Assembly: GCA_965230295.1 (NCBI GenBank)
Contig: OZ246001.1
Span: 3,104,001 to 3,168,000, forward strand
Direction of reading: 5' to 3'
From: Marinicella sp.
GTDB lineage: Bacteria > Pseudomonadota > Gammaproteobacteria > Xanthomonadales > Marinicellaceae
Length of the DNA: 64,000 bases
The notes beneath the pieces were generated by a model. That model saw only the letters and a list, made by a program, of their open reading frames with translations. It searched no databases and was not told where the DNA came from. The translations under genes and the position numbers were made by a program. Each line of letters opens with the position of its first letter. Position 1 is the first letter of the stretch. This document shows, piece by piece, positions 1-10,816 of the stretch.

Positions 1-2
1 AA

Positions 3-371
3 TTGGCGATGTTTGAAGTAGTCAACTTGAATTATTATGACCCCAATGCAACCATCAGTCCTGCCATTCCATATTTGATCGGAGCCAGGGCTTACAGTGA
101 CTTTGGAAGCAATCAACAGGTTGACATTGACTTTACTTGTTCAGTGACAACCACGGGGTATACTAATGTGCCAGAAGTGCTCCAGCCATATTGTTTAGGC
201 ACATTTTATATGCCACAAAGTAACCTTTATAATCGACTGACTAAGTTGTATTTTCAGGACATTGGTGTGAATAATTTTAGGTCTTACCTGGGGCCTGATA
301 ACGGAACCATCCAAGAGATTGAAAATCTTGACCGCAGCGAAAACTACATTCAGTATTACCGATTGGACTGA
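3..371 (+). CDS. C-terminal part of a hypothetical protein (probably truncated by the window start)
   Basis: Open frame from the window edge to a stop at 371; no recognisable motif. Confidence 0.5.
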   Translation: MAMFEVVNLNYYDPNATISPAIPYLIGARAYSDFGSNQQVDIDFTCSVTTTGYTNVPEVLQPYCLGTFYMPQSNLYNRLTKLYFQDIGVNNFRSYLGPDNGTIQEIENLDRSENYIQYYRLD

Positions 372-379
372 CTCAGGTC

Positions 380-1006
380 TTAGGACAAGAACTGTTTAGA
401 TAATTCATCCAGGAATGCCCTTTGTTTGTCATCCAGAAAGGGTGCAATCATTTGCAGAATGTGGAATATGCCATGTGACAATTTCTTTTGTTCATCGAAG
501 TTGTCATCGAAAATAGCCACTGAATAATTCAACCAAAAGGTAGAGGTCAGGGCAATTTGGTCTGCCAGGTTGGCAGTGGTTCTTTGGTCGGCTGATATCA
601 CCCCATCTTTTCTCAGCAGTTCCAATATATTTAAGGCGGTTTGAGATTTAAGGGCCAGGATGTGTCGAAAGTGTCTTTTCAAAAAATCAATGCGGTTCAT
701 CAACTGAATCAAATTTCGGTATAAGAACCTGTACTCAACAATCACTTCAAACACCATGTTTAAGTACAGCCACATGTCTTTCATCGACGCATGGTCTAAA
801 TCAGGTGAATCTAAGACGGCTTTGATCTTTTTTTCATACTGTAAAAAGATTTGCCAGATGATGTCGTCTTTGCTTTTGTAATGGTAATAAAGGTTGCCAG
901 GGCTGATGTCCATTTCATCGGCAATGTGGTTGGTGGTGACGTTGGGTTCACCTTCTTCGTTGAACAGCATCAACGCTGTGGCCAAAATGCGGTCCTTGGT
1001 TTTCAA
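380..1006 (-). CDS. TetR/AcrR family transcriptional regulator (PhaD-like)
   Basis: N-terminal HTH KTKDRILATALMLFNEEG...TTNHIADEMDISPGNLYYHY; TTG start abuts the stop of the upstream gene. Confidence 0.9.
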   Translation of the reverse strand: MKTKDRILATALMLFNEEGEPNVTTNHIADEMDISPGNLYYHYKSKDDIIWQIFLQYEKKIKAVLDSPDLDHASMKDMWLYLNMVFEVIVEYRFLYRNLIQLMNRIDFLKRHFRHILALKSQTALNILELLRKDGVISADQRTTANLADQIALTSTFWLNYSVAIFDDNFDEQKKLSHGIFHILQMIAPFLDDKQRAFLDELSKQFLS

Positions 1007-1264
1007 TTATTCAGCCAATTTGTTGACCAGATCAACATACTGTTGTTTGGCATCATCACTGCTGATACCTTTTAACTTTTCCCATGCTTCATACTTGGCA
1101 GCACCCACAAAATCGAAAAAGCCAGGTTTTTCTCCTTGAACATCGCCTGTTGATCCTTGTTTATATAAAGCGTACAGTTTAAGTAAGGTACCGTCATCTG
1201 GTCGTTTGGTTAAATTTTTTATGTCTTTCTGTGCATTCTCAAATGCATCATTTAATTCAGTCAT
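1007..1264 (-). CDS. Acyl-CoA-binding protein (ACBP family)
   Basis: LLKLYALYKQGSTGD...KPGFFDFVGAAKYEAW signature; start placed at MTELND (1264) rather than 1303. Confidence 0.92.
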   Translation of the reverse strand: MTELNDAFENAQKDIKNLTKRPDDGTLLKLYALYKQGSTGDVQGEKPGFFDFVGAAKYEAWEKLKGISSDDAKQQYVDLVNKLAE

Positions 1265-1344
1265 GTTATGATAATCGAAAATTGAATAAGCTTCATTTGA
1301 CACGATTTTAAATCAACGGTCAATCAAATAACGGGAGAAAATTA

Positions 1345-3330
1345 ATGTCATATTTCATTACAGGTGCCACAGGCTTTGTCGGAAGACACTTGTTAGAAAA
1401 ATTGTTTGCAAGATCAGGTCATATTTACCTGTTGGTCCGTTCCGGGTCGAAAACTAAATTAAAAAAGATGCTGGAAGAAATGGATGCGCCCATGCGTCGT
1501 ATTGACATGATCACAGGTGATTTGACCAAAAACAGTTTGGGCGTCAGTAAAAAGAACAGAGACATGATGAAGGGCAAAGTGAAGCATTTTTATCATTTGG
1601 CTGCCATTTATGACATGAGTGCCGGTCTGGATGAACAAATGGCGGCCAATGTGGATGGCACTTCTCATGCGGTTCATTTGGCAGAAGCCATCAAAGCCAA
1701 GTGTTTCCATCATGTTTCCTCGATTGCTGCTGCCGGTATGTATCCAGGCGTGTTCCGTGAAGACATGTTTGAAGAAGCAGAAGAGCTGGATCACCCATAC
1801 TTTAAAACCAAACACGATTCAGAAGCGGTGGTCAGACACACCTGCCAGATTCCATACCGCATTTATCGACCAGCGATGGTCCTGGGACATTCAAAAACCG
1901 GTGAAATTGACAAAATTGACGGGCCTTATTATTTCTTTAAACTGATTCAAAAACTGCGCAATACGTTCCCGAAATGGATGCCTATGATGGGCATTGAAGG
2001 TGGTCGACTGAACATGGTTCCAGTGGATTATGTGGTGGATGTTTTGGACCACATTTCACATCAGAAAGGTCTGGATGGCGGTTGTTTTCACATCACTGAC
2101 CCTAAGCCCCGAAGGATTGGTAATGTGCTGAATATTTTTGCCGATGCTGCCAATGCGCCGCAGATGAACATGCGGGTTGATGCACGCATTTTTAATTTTA
2201 TTCCAGGGGCCGTGAAGCAGGGTTTGATGATGTTGTCGCCAGTGAAGCGCATTCGATCGCAGGTGTTCAATGATTTGGGTATTCCCCCCGGAATTTTGAA
2301 GTTCATTAATTATCCAACGAGATTTGATGACCGTGAAACACAAAAAGCAATCAAAGGTTCCGGCATCAAATTACCTAAGCTGAAAAAATATGCATGGCGT
2401 CTATGGGATTATTGGGAACGGAATCTGGATCCTGATCTGTTCATTGATAAATCCTTATCAGGCCGGGTTAAAGACAAACGTGTCATGGTAACTGGGGCCA
2501 CTTCTGGTATTGGTTTGGCGGTGGCAGAAATGTTGGCAGATGCCGGCGCTCATTTGATCATTGTGGCCCGCGGTAAGGAAAAATTGGATGAGACAACCAA
2601 AGAATTGAAAAAGAAAGGCATCAAAGTTTCACCTTATACCGCTGATTTGTCTGATGAGAAATCAGCAAAGAAACTGGTCAAAGATGTGATCAAGGATTTA
2701 GGTGGTGTGGACATCTTGGTGAACAATGCAGGTCGCTCAATTCGCCGATCAATTGCCTTGTCATATGACCGATTCCATGATTTTGAAAGGACCATGGATT
2801 TGAATTATTTTGGTTCATTGCGTTTGATTATGGGCTTTTTACCCGGTATGTCAGAACGTCGTGCGGGTCATGTGATCAATATTTCATCCATTGGGGTATT
2901 GACCAACGCACCAAGATTCTCAGCCTACGTGGCATCAAAAGCTGCATTGGATGCTTTTTCCCGGTGTGCGGCTGCCGAATACAACGATTTGAATGTGGCC
3001 TTTACCACCATTAATATGCCACTGGTGAGAACACCCATGATTGCACCCACCAAAATGTATAACAACGTGCCCACCATTTCACCTGAAGAGTCGGCTTTGT
3101 TCATCAAAGACGCCATCATCAGACGCCCTCAACGGGTGGCCACTCGATTGGGTATTTTTGCGCAGGTGATGCATGCAGTCATGCCAAAATCCATGGAAGT
3201 GATGATGAATACTGCATTCAACATGTTCCCGGATTCGGCAGCTGCTCGGGGTGATACCAGCAGTGCTCCGAAAGAGGTTTCACCAGAACAAATGGCATTT
3301 GCCAGTTTGATGCGTGGCGTACATTGGTGA
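1345..3330 (+). CDS. Two-domain SDR fatty acyl-CoA reductase (Marinobacter Maqu_2507-like)
   Basis: Two Rossmann motifs (TGATGFVG, TGATSGIG), NNAGRSIRRS, YVASK catalytic motif, 661 aa; divergent from the ACBP gene. Confidence 0.88.
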   Translation: MSYFITGATGFVGRHLLEKLFARSGHIYLLVRSGSKTKLKKMLEEMDAPMRRIDMITGDLTKNSLGVSKKNRDMMKGKVKHFYHLAAIYDMSAGLDEQMAANVDGTSHAVHLAEAIKAKCFHHVSSIAAAGMYPGVFREDMFEEAEELDHPYFKTKHDSEAVVRHTCQIPYRIYRPAMVLGHSKTGEIDKIDGPYYFFKLIQKLRNTFPKWMPMMGIEGGRLNMVPVDYVVDVLDHISHQKGLDGGCFHITDPKPRRIGNVLNIFADAANAPQMNMRVDARIFNFIPGAVKQGLMMLSPVKRIRSQVFNDLGIPPGILKFINYPTRFDDRETQKAIKGSGIKLPKLKKYAWRLWDYWERNLDPDLFIDKSLSGRVKDKRVMVTGATSGIGLAVAEMLADAGAHLIIVARGKEKLDETTKELKKKGIKVSPYTADLSDEKSAKKLVKDVIKDLGGVDILVNNAGRSIRRSIALSYDRFHDFERTMDLNYFGSLRLIMGFLPGMSERRAGHVINISSIGVLTNAPRFSAYVASKAALDAFSRCAAAEYNDLNVAFTTINMPLVRTPMIAPTKMYNNVPTISPEESALFIKDAIIRRPQRVATRLGIFAQVMHAVMPKSMEVMMNTAFNMFPDSAAARGDTSSAPKEVSPEQMAFASLMRGVHW

Positions 3331-3346
3331 TGGTTGGCTAAATTCA

Positions 3347-3382
3347 GAAGAAGAAAAATTCTTTACAGAAATTTTCTTCTTC
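3347..3382 (+). terminator. AT-rich inverted repeat, possible terminator
   Basis: GAAGAAGAAAAATTCT...AGAAATTTTCTTCTTC after the reductase stop. Confidence 0.4.
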
Positions 3383-3438
3383 AATCGTTACAATACGTGA
3401 CAATTTTATAAGTAAGCATGATCCATAGGAGTGTTTGA

Positions 3439-4047
3439 GTGTTTGAAATAGTCAGCAGCGGCGGCGTAGTGATGATTTTCTTATTGATTTTGATGGCCTT
3501 GGCCATGATGATCGTGGGCGAACGATTTTGGAGCCTGAGAGACAAAGAAATCATTCCTCAGGAATTGCCTGATCAGGTCATAGAATGGTCGAAAAAGAAA
3601 AACTTAGATCAAAAACACATCGACCAACTGGCAGAAACATCTCCACTTGGTTATTTAATGGCAGTGGCCTTGCGAAAGCGCAATGACCCAAGGGATGAAA
3701 TCATTGAATCCGTTGAAGATGCCGGCAGACACTTGTCACATCAATTAGAAAAGCCTTTAAACTGGTTGAATGCCATCGGAGAAGTGTCCCCATTGTTGGG
3801 TTTGTTGGGTACCGTTATTGGTATGATGAAAGTCTTTGCCAACATCATGGAGTTTGGAGTGGGTAATGCCAACCAACTGGCAGGTGGTATTTCGCAGGCC
3901 TTAACTACCACAGCAGCCGGCCTGATTGTTGCCATACCTGCGGTTCTGTTTTACCGCCACTTTAAAAATAAGATTGCAGATCAAACCATTGTCATGGAAC
4001 AACAGGTCATGCAACTCATTGACTCAATCAGCAACAGCAAACCATGA
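3439..4047 (+). CDS. MotA/TolQ/ExbB proton channel family protein
   Basis: SPLLGLLGTVIGM and GISQALTTTAAGLIVAIPA motifs. Confidence 0.92.
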   Translation: MFEIVSSGGVVMIFLLILMALAMMIVGERFWSLRDKEIIPQELPDQVIEWSKKKNLDQKHIDQLAETSPLGYLMAVALRKRNDPRDEIIESVEDAGRHLSHQLEKPLNWLNAIGEVSPLLGLLGTVIGMMKVFANIMEFGVGNANQLAGGISQALTTTAAGLIVAIPAVLFYRHFKNKIADQTIVMEQQVMQLIDSISNSKP

Positions 4048-4466
4048 AAATCACCAGTCAGCAACCTGAAAGCAGGAAACTGAATTTAACGCCATTGATA
4101 GATGTGGTGTTTTTGTTGTTGATCTTTTTCATGGTCAGTACCACGTTCGAGAAACAAGCCAAATTAAAAATTGAGTTACCAGAAGCCAGCGTTGAACCTG
4201 CCGTTTCCCAACAACAAGATCTGGTTATCTCCATCAGCCAAAAGGGCGTGTTTTTTGTGAATAACAATGAATTGGTGAATGCCCAGCGGCAGTCGTTACA
4301 AAATGCATTGCAAAAAACAGTTGAGGATGCCAGAGACATGCCTGTGATCATCCGGGCGGATGCCAATGTGGCGCACAAACATGTGGTCATGGCCATGGAT
4401 GTGTTGGGTGGTATGGGCTTTGAAAAAGTATCAATGGCCACCACCCAAGCCAGTGACAGTCAGTGA
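4044..4466 (+). CDS. exbD: ExbD/TolR family biopolymer transport protein
   Basis: NLTPLIDVVFLLLIFFMVST motif and IRAD; coupled to the upstream ExbB-like gene. Confidence 0.9.
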   Translation: MKITSQQPESRKLNLTPLIDVVFLLLIFFMVSTTFEKQAKLKIELPEASVEPAVSQQQDLVISISQKGVFFVNNNELVNAQRQSLQNALQKTVEDARDMPVIIRADANVAHKHVVMAMDVLGGMGFEKVSMATTQASDSQ

Positions 4467-6214
4467 ATACTGAAAAACATCAGTCAACCTACTTGGGGTT
4501 GTTGCGTTATGTGAAACCTTACAGAATGGTCTTCTTTGTTGCTATTTTGGGTGCGATTGTGGATGCAGCCATGAAGGCTTTCTTTATCTGGTCACTGTCT
4601 TACATACTTGAAAAAGCATTTGAACTCAAAGACCCATTGTGGATCAAGTCAATCCCAGTGTTTGTGATCACTGTATTTTTGATTCGCAGTATGGGAAATT
4701 TTGCTGCAGCCTATGGTTTTACCTGGGTGGGGCGCAAAGTGGTCAATGATCTTCGATTGGCTGTTTTTGGACAGTATTTAAGGTTGCCACAGCAGTTCTA
4801 TGACAAAAACTCTTCGGGAGGATTGATCTCAAGAATCACCTATGACATCGAACAAATGGCCAATGGGGTATCGAAAAACTTTGTTTTGATCATTCGAGAA
4901 GCCTTATCAATTGTGTTTTATTTGGCGGTGATGTTTTATTGGTCTTGGCAATTGGCCTTGGCTGCTTTTGTGGCATTTCCATTGATTGGCTTGATTATTC
5001 GTTTGGTTAATAAACGTTTCAGACGCATTGGACATGGCATTCAAAGATCTATTGCTGACATCACCCAAACAGTTGAAGAGGTGGTCAAAGGCCATAAAAT
5101 TGTAAAAATTTTCAAAGGCCAAAATCAAGAAAAAGACAAGTTTGCCAAAAACATCAAGACCAACCGGCAGCTCCAAGTCAAAATTGTGGCTACCCAAGAA
5201 GTGATGTCATCGATCAACTTGATGCTGGTGGCTGTGGCCTTATCCTTTATCATGTATGTGGCTGCCACTTCAGACATGAGTGCTGCCAATTTCATGTCCT
5301 TCATGATGGCGATGTTGGCTTTGATGCCCACCATAAAAAACCTCTCGGCTGTTTTTTCAACCATACAAACCACTTTGGCAGCAGCTGATAGTGTGATGCA
5401 TGTATTGCAGGAATCACCAGAAAAAGACACTGGGGCTGATGCCTTTAGTGCTGAGCAAGTGGGTTTTGAATTCAAACAAGTTTCATTCACCTATGACAGT
5501 GAGACCACGGCACTTAATGACATCAGTTTGAACATTACAGCCGGTGAGAGTGTCGCTTTTGTGGGCGCTTCCGGTGGCGGTAAAACGACATTGGTTAACT
5601 TGGTGCCACGATTTTATGATGTAACACAAGGTGAGATCCTCATCAATGGACACAACATCCAGGCATACACTTTATCCAGCCTGCGAGATCACATATCTGT
5701 GGTCAGCCAGGAAGTGGTCTTGTTCAATGACACTGTGAAAAATAACATTGCCTATGGTTCACAAGCAGACAGTTCGGATGAAGACATCATCAAAGCAGCG
5801 CAACAAGCCAATGCCTTGTCTTTCATTGAGGAACTGCCGGATGGTTTTGAAACCGAATTGGGAGACAATGGGACCCGCCTGTCTGGTGGACAGCGCCAAC
5901 GCATTGCCATTGCACGGGCGATATTAAAAAATGCCCCGGTTTTGATCCTGGATGAAGCCACTTCTGCACTGGACACCGAATCGGAAAAGCACATTCAACA
6001 AGCGTTAGAAAAATTGATGGTCGGTCGCACCACGTTGGTGATAGCACACCGCTTATCTACCATTGAAAATGTTGATAAAGTTGTGGTGCTGAATCAAGGT
6101 CAGGTGGCTCAAACAGGTACCCATTCACAATTGATGGCTGAACCTGGTATCTATGCTCAATTACAACACAGTCAACAGTTAACCAACACACAGGCAGACA
6201 CAACCCATGAATGA
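4463..6214 (+). CDS. msbA: Lipid A export ABC transporter MsbA
   Basis: TM domain, Walker A GASGGGKTT, LSGGQRQR, LILDEATSALD; precedes lpxK. Confidence 0.93.
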   Translation: MNTEKHQSTYLGLLRYVKPYRMVFFVAILGAIVDAAMKAFFIWSLSYILEKAFELKDPLWIKSIPVFVITVFLIRSMGNFAAAYGFTWVGRKVVNDLRLAVFGQYLRLPQQFYDKNSSGGLISRITYDIEQMANGVSKNFVLIIREALSIVFYLAVMFYWSWQLALAAFVAFPLIGLIIRLVNKRFRRIGHGIQRSIADITQTVEEVVKGHKIVKIFKGQNQEKDKFAKNIKTNRQLQVKIVATQEVMSSINLMLVAVALSFIMYVAATSDMSAANFMSFMMAMLALMPTIKNLSAVFSTIQTTLAAADSVMHVLQESPEKDTGADAFSAEQVGFEFKQVSFTYDSETTALNDISLNITAGESVAFVGASGGGKTTLVNLVPRFYDVTQGEILINGHNIQAYTLSSLRDHISVVSQEVVLFNDTVKNNIAYGSQADSSDEDIIKAAQQANALSFIEELPDGFETELGDNGTRLSGGQRQRIAIARAILKNAPVLILDEATSALDTESEKHIQQALEKLMVGRTTLVIAHRLSTIENVDKVVVLNQGQVAQTGTHSQLMAEPGIYAQLQHSQQLTNTQADTTHE

Positions 6215-7190
6215 AGAGAAAATTCGCCAACGGTGGTATGGCGGTGGTAAAGTCAGTGGTATTGCTCGCTTGGGTGCAAAATTCTTTTCAGTCCTTGTGG
6301 GCTTCAGAAAGTGGCTTTATTCAATCGGACTGAAAAAAACACACCGGTTGAATGTGCCAGTTATTGTGGTTGGCAACATCACAGCAGGTGGTGGTGGTAA
6401 AACCCCGATGGTCATCTGGCTGGCGCAACATTTACAAGCACAAGGCTATAAGCCTGGAATCATTTCCAGAGGGTATGGTGGGAAACGCAAAGTTGAACCC
6501 ATGTTTGTCACAGCCAATGCCAACCCGGCTGCTTCTGGCGATGAACCCTTACTGATGTCAAAGAAAACAAAATTGCCCGTGATGGTTGGTAAAGATCGGG
6601 TCAAAGCCGGTAAAATGTTGATCAAAAATTATTCAGTCAATGTCATTGTGGCTGATGATGGTTTACAACATTTGGGACTGGGTCGTGATGCTGAAATTGT
6701 GATGCTGGACGCCAAATGGCGAACGGGAAACCACCTCATGTTACCAGCGGGACCCTTGCGGGAGCCTTTGGAACGTTTGAATGCTGTCGACCTGGTGGTG
6801 TTCAAAGGGTACATGGACAACCAACATCATTATGATTTTGAGATAGAAACCATCCATCAGCTCAATCATCCCAGTGTGGTCAAAGAATTTGCTGATTTTC
6901 GCAATAAAAAAGTGGTGGCCATGGCCGGTATCGCCAACCCCGATAGTTTTTTCTCCTTGTTAGCCGCTGCGGGTATGGCCATTGTTAAACAACCATTGCC
7001 TGATCATCATGACCTCACAGCTGCTGATTTTGAGCCACATGAAGACACATTTGTTCTGATCACTGAAAAAGATGCGGTTAAATGTGAGCATATGAATTTA
7101 TCGCATGTCTGGGTGGTCAAGATGAAAATCAACCTGCCTGAAGAAACCATCGCGGCATTGGATGATGTGATTCAAAAGGTGATGTCATGA
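6207..7190 (+). CDS. lpxK: Tetraacyldisaccharide 4'-kinase
   Basis: VGNITAGGGGKTP, SRGYG, GDEP, DDGLQH, LPAGPLRE, TEKDAVK. Confidence 0.96.
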   Translation: MNEEKIRQRWYGGGKVSGIARLGAKFFSVLVGFRKWLYSIGLKKTHRLNVPVIVVGNITAGGGGKTPMVIWLAQHLQAQGYKPGIISRGYGGKRKVEPMFVTANANPAASGDEPLLMSKKTKLPVMVGKDRVKAGKMLIKNYSVNVIVADDGLQHLGLGRDAEIVMLDAKWRTGNHLMLPAGPLREPLERLNAVDLVVFKGYMDNQHHYDFEIETIHQLNHPSVVKEFADFRNKKVVAMAGIANPDSFFSLLAAAGMAIVKQPLPDHHDLTAADFEPHEDTFVLITEKDAVKCEHMNLSHVWVVKMKINLPEETIAALDDVIQKVMS

Positions 7191-7954
7191 GTGCTTTTGA
7201 GTTTGTGGTGTGTATCCCGGCCCGATTTGCATCAACCCGGTTGCCAGGAAAACCCTTGATTAAACTGAAGGGTAAAGAACTGGTTCTTTGGGCCGTTGAG
7301 GCTGCCAATCGCTTAGGCGCCACTCAAGTGGTGGTGGCCACTGATGATCACAGGATTGAATCTCTGGTTCAAAACCATGGACATCAAGCCGTGATGACCC
7401 GGTCTGATCATCCCACCGGGACCGATCGCATCGCTGAATGTGCTGAATTGATGGGGTGGGGGGACAATACGTGGGTGCTGAACTACCAGGGAGATGAACC
7501 TAACATTCCAATAACCAATGTTCAACAAGTGGTCGAGGTGGTCAAAAAACATACCGATGCCAGCATCGGAACTTTGTATCAAAAAATTCACAGTCTGAAA
7601 GATTTGTTTAACCCCAATTTGGTTAAGTTGGTGACGGATGAACATCAGCGTGCACTTTATTTCAGCCGCGCATCGATCCCTTGGTCACAAAAGGAGTTCT
7701 CAAAAGATCAAAGTGCAGATGACCCATTGCCTAATGGCGTAGACTACAAACACCACATTGGTTTGTACATGTATAAAGTGGCATTCCTTAAACGATTCAG
7801 CCAAACGGCACCCAGTGATCTTGAGTTAACCGAGTCTCTAGAACAGTTAAGGGCATTGTCTATGGGGGAAAAAATAGTGGCTGCTGCAGCAGTTGAACCA
7901 ATGCCTCATGGCATTGATACCCAGGCCGATGTTGAAAGGTTTGAAAATTCATAA
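7187..7954 (+). CDS. kdsB: 3-deoxy-manno-octulosonate cytidylyltransferase
   Basis: IPARFASTRLPGKPL, QGDEP, ALYFSRA, ESLEQLRAL. Confidence 0.96.
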   Translation: MSAFEFVVCIPARFASTRLPGKPLIKLKGKELVLWAVEAANRLGATQVVVATDDHRIESLVQNHGHQAVMTRSDHPTGTDRIAECAELMGWGDNTWVLNYQGDEPNIPITNVQQVVEVVKKHTDASIGTLYQKIHSLKDLFNPNLVKLVTDEHQRALYFSRASIPWSQKEFSKDQSADDPLPNGVDYKHHIGLYMYKVAFLKRFSQTAPSDLELTESLEQLRALSMGEKIVAAAAVEPMPHGIDTQADVERFENS

Positions 7955-8069
7955 AATCAATATGTCATCCCACATAATCAACAAGAACGGGCTTTACTGT
8001 ATGAATAAAGGTTGTATATTGTATGATGAATCAATAAAATTTCCCGCTTAATTTGAAAATCTAGTCAAC

Positions 8070-10691
8070 ATGTTATCTACCAAACAAATCAGAGCAAAAT
8101 TCATTGATTTTTTTGCGCAAAATCAACACCAATCGGTCAAAAGCAGTTCTTTGATCCCAGGCAATGATCCTACATTATTGTTCGTTAATGCAGGTATGGT
8201 GCAGTTCAAGGATGTTTTTCTGGGGGCTGAAAAAAGAACATATACACGTGCGGCCTCTTCTCAAAGGTGTGTTCGAGCGGGTGGTAAACACAATGACCTG
8301 GATCAGGTGGGTTATACCGCCAGGCACCATACGTTTTTTGAAATGTTGGGTAATTTCAGCTTTGGTGACTACTTCAAACGAGAAGCCATTCAGTTCGCCT
8401 GGGACTTTTTGACCAAAGAACTTGGGCTGCCTGTTGAAAAATTGTGGGTGACAGTGTTTGAAGAAGATGATGAAGCTGAAAAAATCTGGCGAGATGAAAT
8501 TGGTTTTCCGGCAGATAAAATCAGCCGCATTGGAGCCAAGGATAACTTTTGGCAAATGGGTGATACAGGACCATGTGGACCATGCAGTGAAATCTTTTAT
8601 GATCATGGTGAGCATGTCGCTGGTGGCCCGCCAGGTACACCTGAAGAAGATGGTGATCGGTTCGTTGAAATTTGGAACCTGGTTTTTATGCAATTTGATA
8701 AGCAACCAGATGGTACTTTGGAAGACTTGCCCAAACCTTGTGTGGATACGGGGATGGGCTTGGAACGCATCGCCTCCATCCTTCAAGGTAAGCACAACAA
8801 TTATGACATCGACTTGTTCCAGCACTTGATCAAGCATGCGGCCAAATTAACTGGTGCCAAAGACTTGAATGATCCTTCGTTGAAAGTGATTGCAGACCAC
8901 ATCAGAACCTGTGCCTTTTTGATTGCAGATGGCGTTCTGCCATCAAACGAAGGTCGCGGTTATGTGCTGCGTAGAATCATCAGGCGTGCAGCGCGTCATG
9001 GACATAAGCTGGGTGCTGGTGGGTTGTTTTTTAATCAAATGGTTCAACCACTCAGGGAAGTGATGGGTGATGACTATCCGGAATTGATTGAGCAACAACA
9101 ACAAATTGAAGCTGCATTGAAAAAAGAAGAAATGAAGTTTTCAGAAACTTTAGATATTGGTATGCAAGAATACAAAAAGGCCACTGAATCATTGACAGCA
9201 GGTGAGCTTGTTTCCGGTGCTGTGGCCTTTAAACTTTATGACACCTTTGGTTTTCCATTGGATTTGACCCAGGATGTGGCTCGGGAAGATGGGCGTGTGG
9301 TTGATGTTGATGCATTTGATGTTTGCATGCAAGCACAGAAAGACCGATCAAGATCCAGTAAGCAGTTTTCACAAAACAACCAAATTTCTGCAGATGTCAT
9401 ACAGGCATTGACCCCAACCCAGTTCACTGGATACGGGAACTATTCAGGTGAAGCCAAAGTCATCATGGTGCTGAAAGACAACAAACCAGTTGATCATTTA
9501 TCTGTTGGTGATAAAGGCATTGTGGTGTTAGATCAAACACCATTTTATGCTGAATCAGGTGGCCAAGTGGGTGATGTTGGGTTGTTGAAAAACAGCAACT
9601 TCAGTGCCGAAGTGACAGACACTCAAAAAGCTGCCGGTCAATTTCACATGCATCACATTGAAGTCCATTCAGGTGCGATCAATGTCAACACACCTGTGAT
9701 TGCTGAAGTTGATCAAGCTTATCGCAAAAAGGTCATTCTGAATCATTCGGCCACACATTTGTTACATAAGGTGTTGCGCTCAGTTTTAGGTGAGCATGTG
9801 CAGCAGAAAGGTTCTTTAGTCAATGCAGATAAGTTGCGTTTTGATTTTTCACATGACCAACCAATACCATTTGCAGTATTACAAAATATAGAAAGCGAAG
9901 TTAATCTGGCAATCAGACAAAATTTTCACGCCAAAGATGTTGAAATGACATATGATCAAGCAATAGATTATGGTGCCATGGCATTGTTTGGTGAGAAATA
10001 TGGCGATCAAGTCAGGGTCATGGACTTTGGTGGATTTTCAGTGGAATTATGTGGTGGAACCCATGTAAGAAATACTGGTGAAATCGGTCTGTTCAAAATA
10101 ACAGAAGAAAATGCGGTGGCCTCAGGCATCAGAAGAATAGAAGCCATCACAGGTGAAGCGGCCATGTTGTGGGTGCAAAACCAAACAAAACAACTGAAAA
10201 ACTTAAGTCAACTGTTCAATGTGAAAACGGAACAAGTGACCGAATCAGTCCAAACACTGATGCAGCAGCACAAGCTGTTAGAAAAAGAAATGAATGAATT
10301 GGTCAAAGCTCAAGCCAGCGATTCAGTCAGTGATTTAAATGACTTGGTTGAAGAAAAGCAGGGTATCCATTACTTAAGTCATGTGCTGGAAAATTCTGAT
10401 TTAGATATAATGCGAGATGCCATTGATGGATTTAAAAGTCAATATGCCAAAGGTTTGGTGGTATTGGCCAACGTCGTTGATGATAAAGTCCAGGTATTGG
10501 TTGGGGTGACTAAGGCCCTGACTCAAGAATTGAGAGCAGGCGATGTGATCAAGCAAATACTAGAACAAATAGGAGGCCGCGGAGGCGGTAGACCTGATTT
10601 TGCGCAAGGTGGTGGAGAAGCCACCGGGAGTGAAATCAGCAGTGCAATAGAAAATGTTCTGGGGACCATGGCAGATAAATTGTCAAATTAA
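8070..10691 (+). CDS. alaS: Alanine--tRNA ligase
   Basis: DPTLLFVNAGM, RHHTFFEMLGNFSFGDYFK, HSATHLLH, ELCGGTH, GGGRPDFAQGG. Confidence 0.99.
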   Translation: MLSTKQIRAKFIDFFAQNQHQSVKSSSLIPGNDPTLLFVNAGMVQFKDVFLGAEKRTYTRAASSQRCVRAGGKHNDLDQVGYTARHHTFFEMLGNFSFGDYFKREAIQFAWDFLTKELGLPVEKLWVTVFEEDDEAEKIWRDEIGFPADKISRIGAKDNFWQMGDTGPCGPCSEIFYDHGEHVAGGPPGTPEEDGDRFVEIWNLVFMQFDKQPDGTLEDLPKPCVDTGMGLERIASILQGKHNNYDIDLFQHLIKHAAKLTGAKDLNDPSLKVIADHIRTCAFLIADGVLPSNEGRGYVLRRIIRRAARHGHKLGAGGLFFNQMVQPLREVMGDDYPELIEQQQQIEAALKKEEMKFSETLDIGMQEYKKATESLTAGELVSGAVAFKLYDTFGFPLDLTQDVAREDGRVVDVDAFDVCMQAQKDRSRSSKQFSQNNQISADVIQALTPTQFTGYGNYSGEAKVIMVLKDNKPVDHLSVGDKGIVVLDQTPFYAESGGQVGDVGLLKNSNFSAEVTDTQKAAGQFHMHHIEVHSGAINVNTPVIAEVDQAYRKKVILNHSATHLLHKVLRSVLGEHVQQKGSLVNADKLRFDFSHDQPIPFAVLQNIESEVNLAIRQNFHAKDVEMTYDQAIDYGAMALFGEKYGDQVRVMDFGGFSVELCGGTHVRNTGEIGLFKITEENAVASGIRRIEAITGEAAMLWVQNQTKQLKNLSQLFNVKTEQVTESVQTLMQQHKLLEKEMNELVKAQASDSVSDLNDLVEEKQGIHYLSHVLENSDLDIMRDAIDGFKSQYAKGLVVLANVVDDKVQVLVGVTKALTQELRAGDVIKQILEQIGGRGGGRPDFAQGGGEATGSEISSAIENVLGTMADKLSN

Positions 10692-10816
10692 GACTTCAAT
10701 TTCATGTTGAAATATAGTCTAATTTGCAAGATGAAATAAGTGTGTAAAAAAATACAAAAGCCACTTATTTCGACAGTTCTACCCGAAGGGCTGAAAATAA
10801 CAAAAGGAGAATTTAA

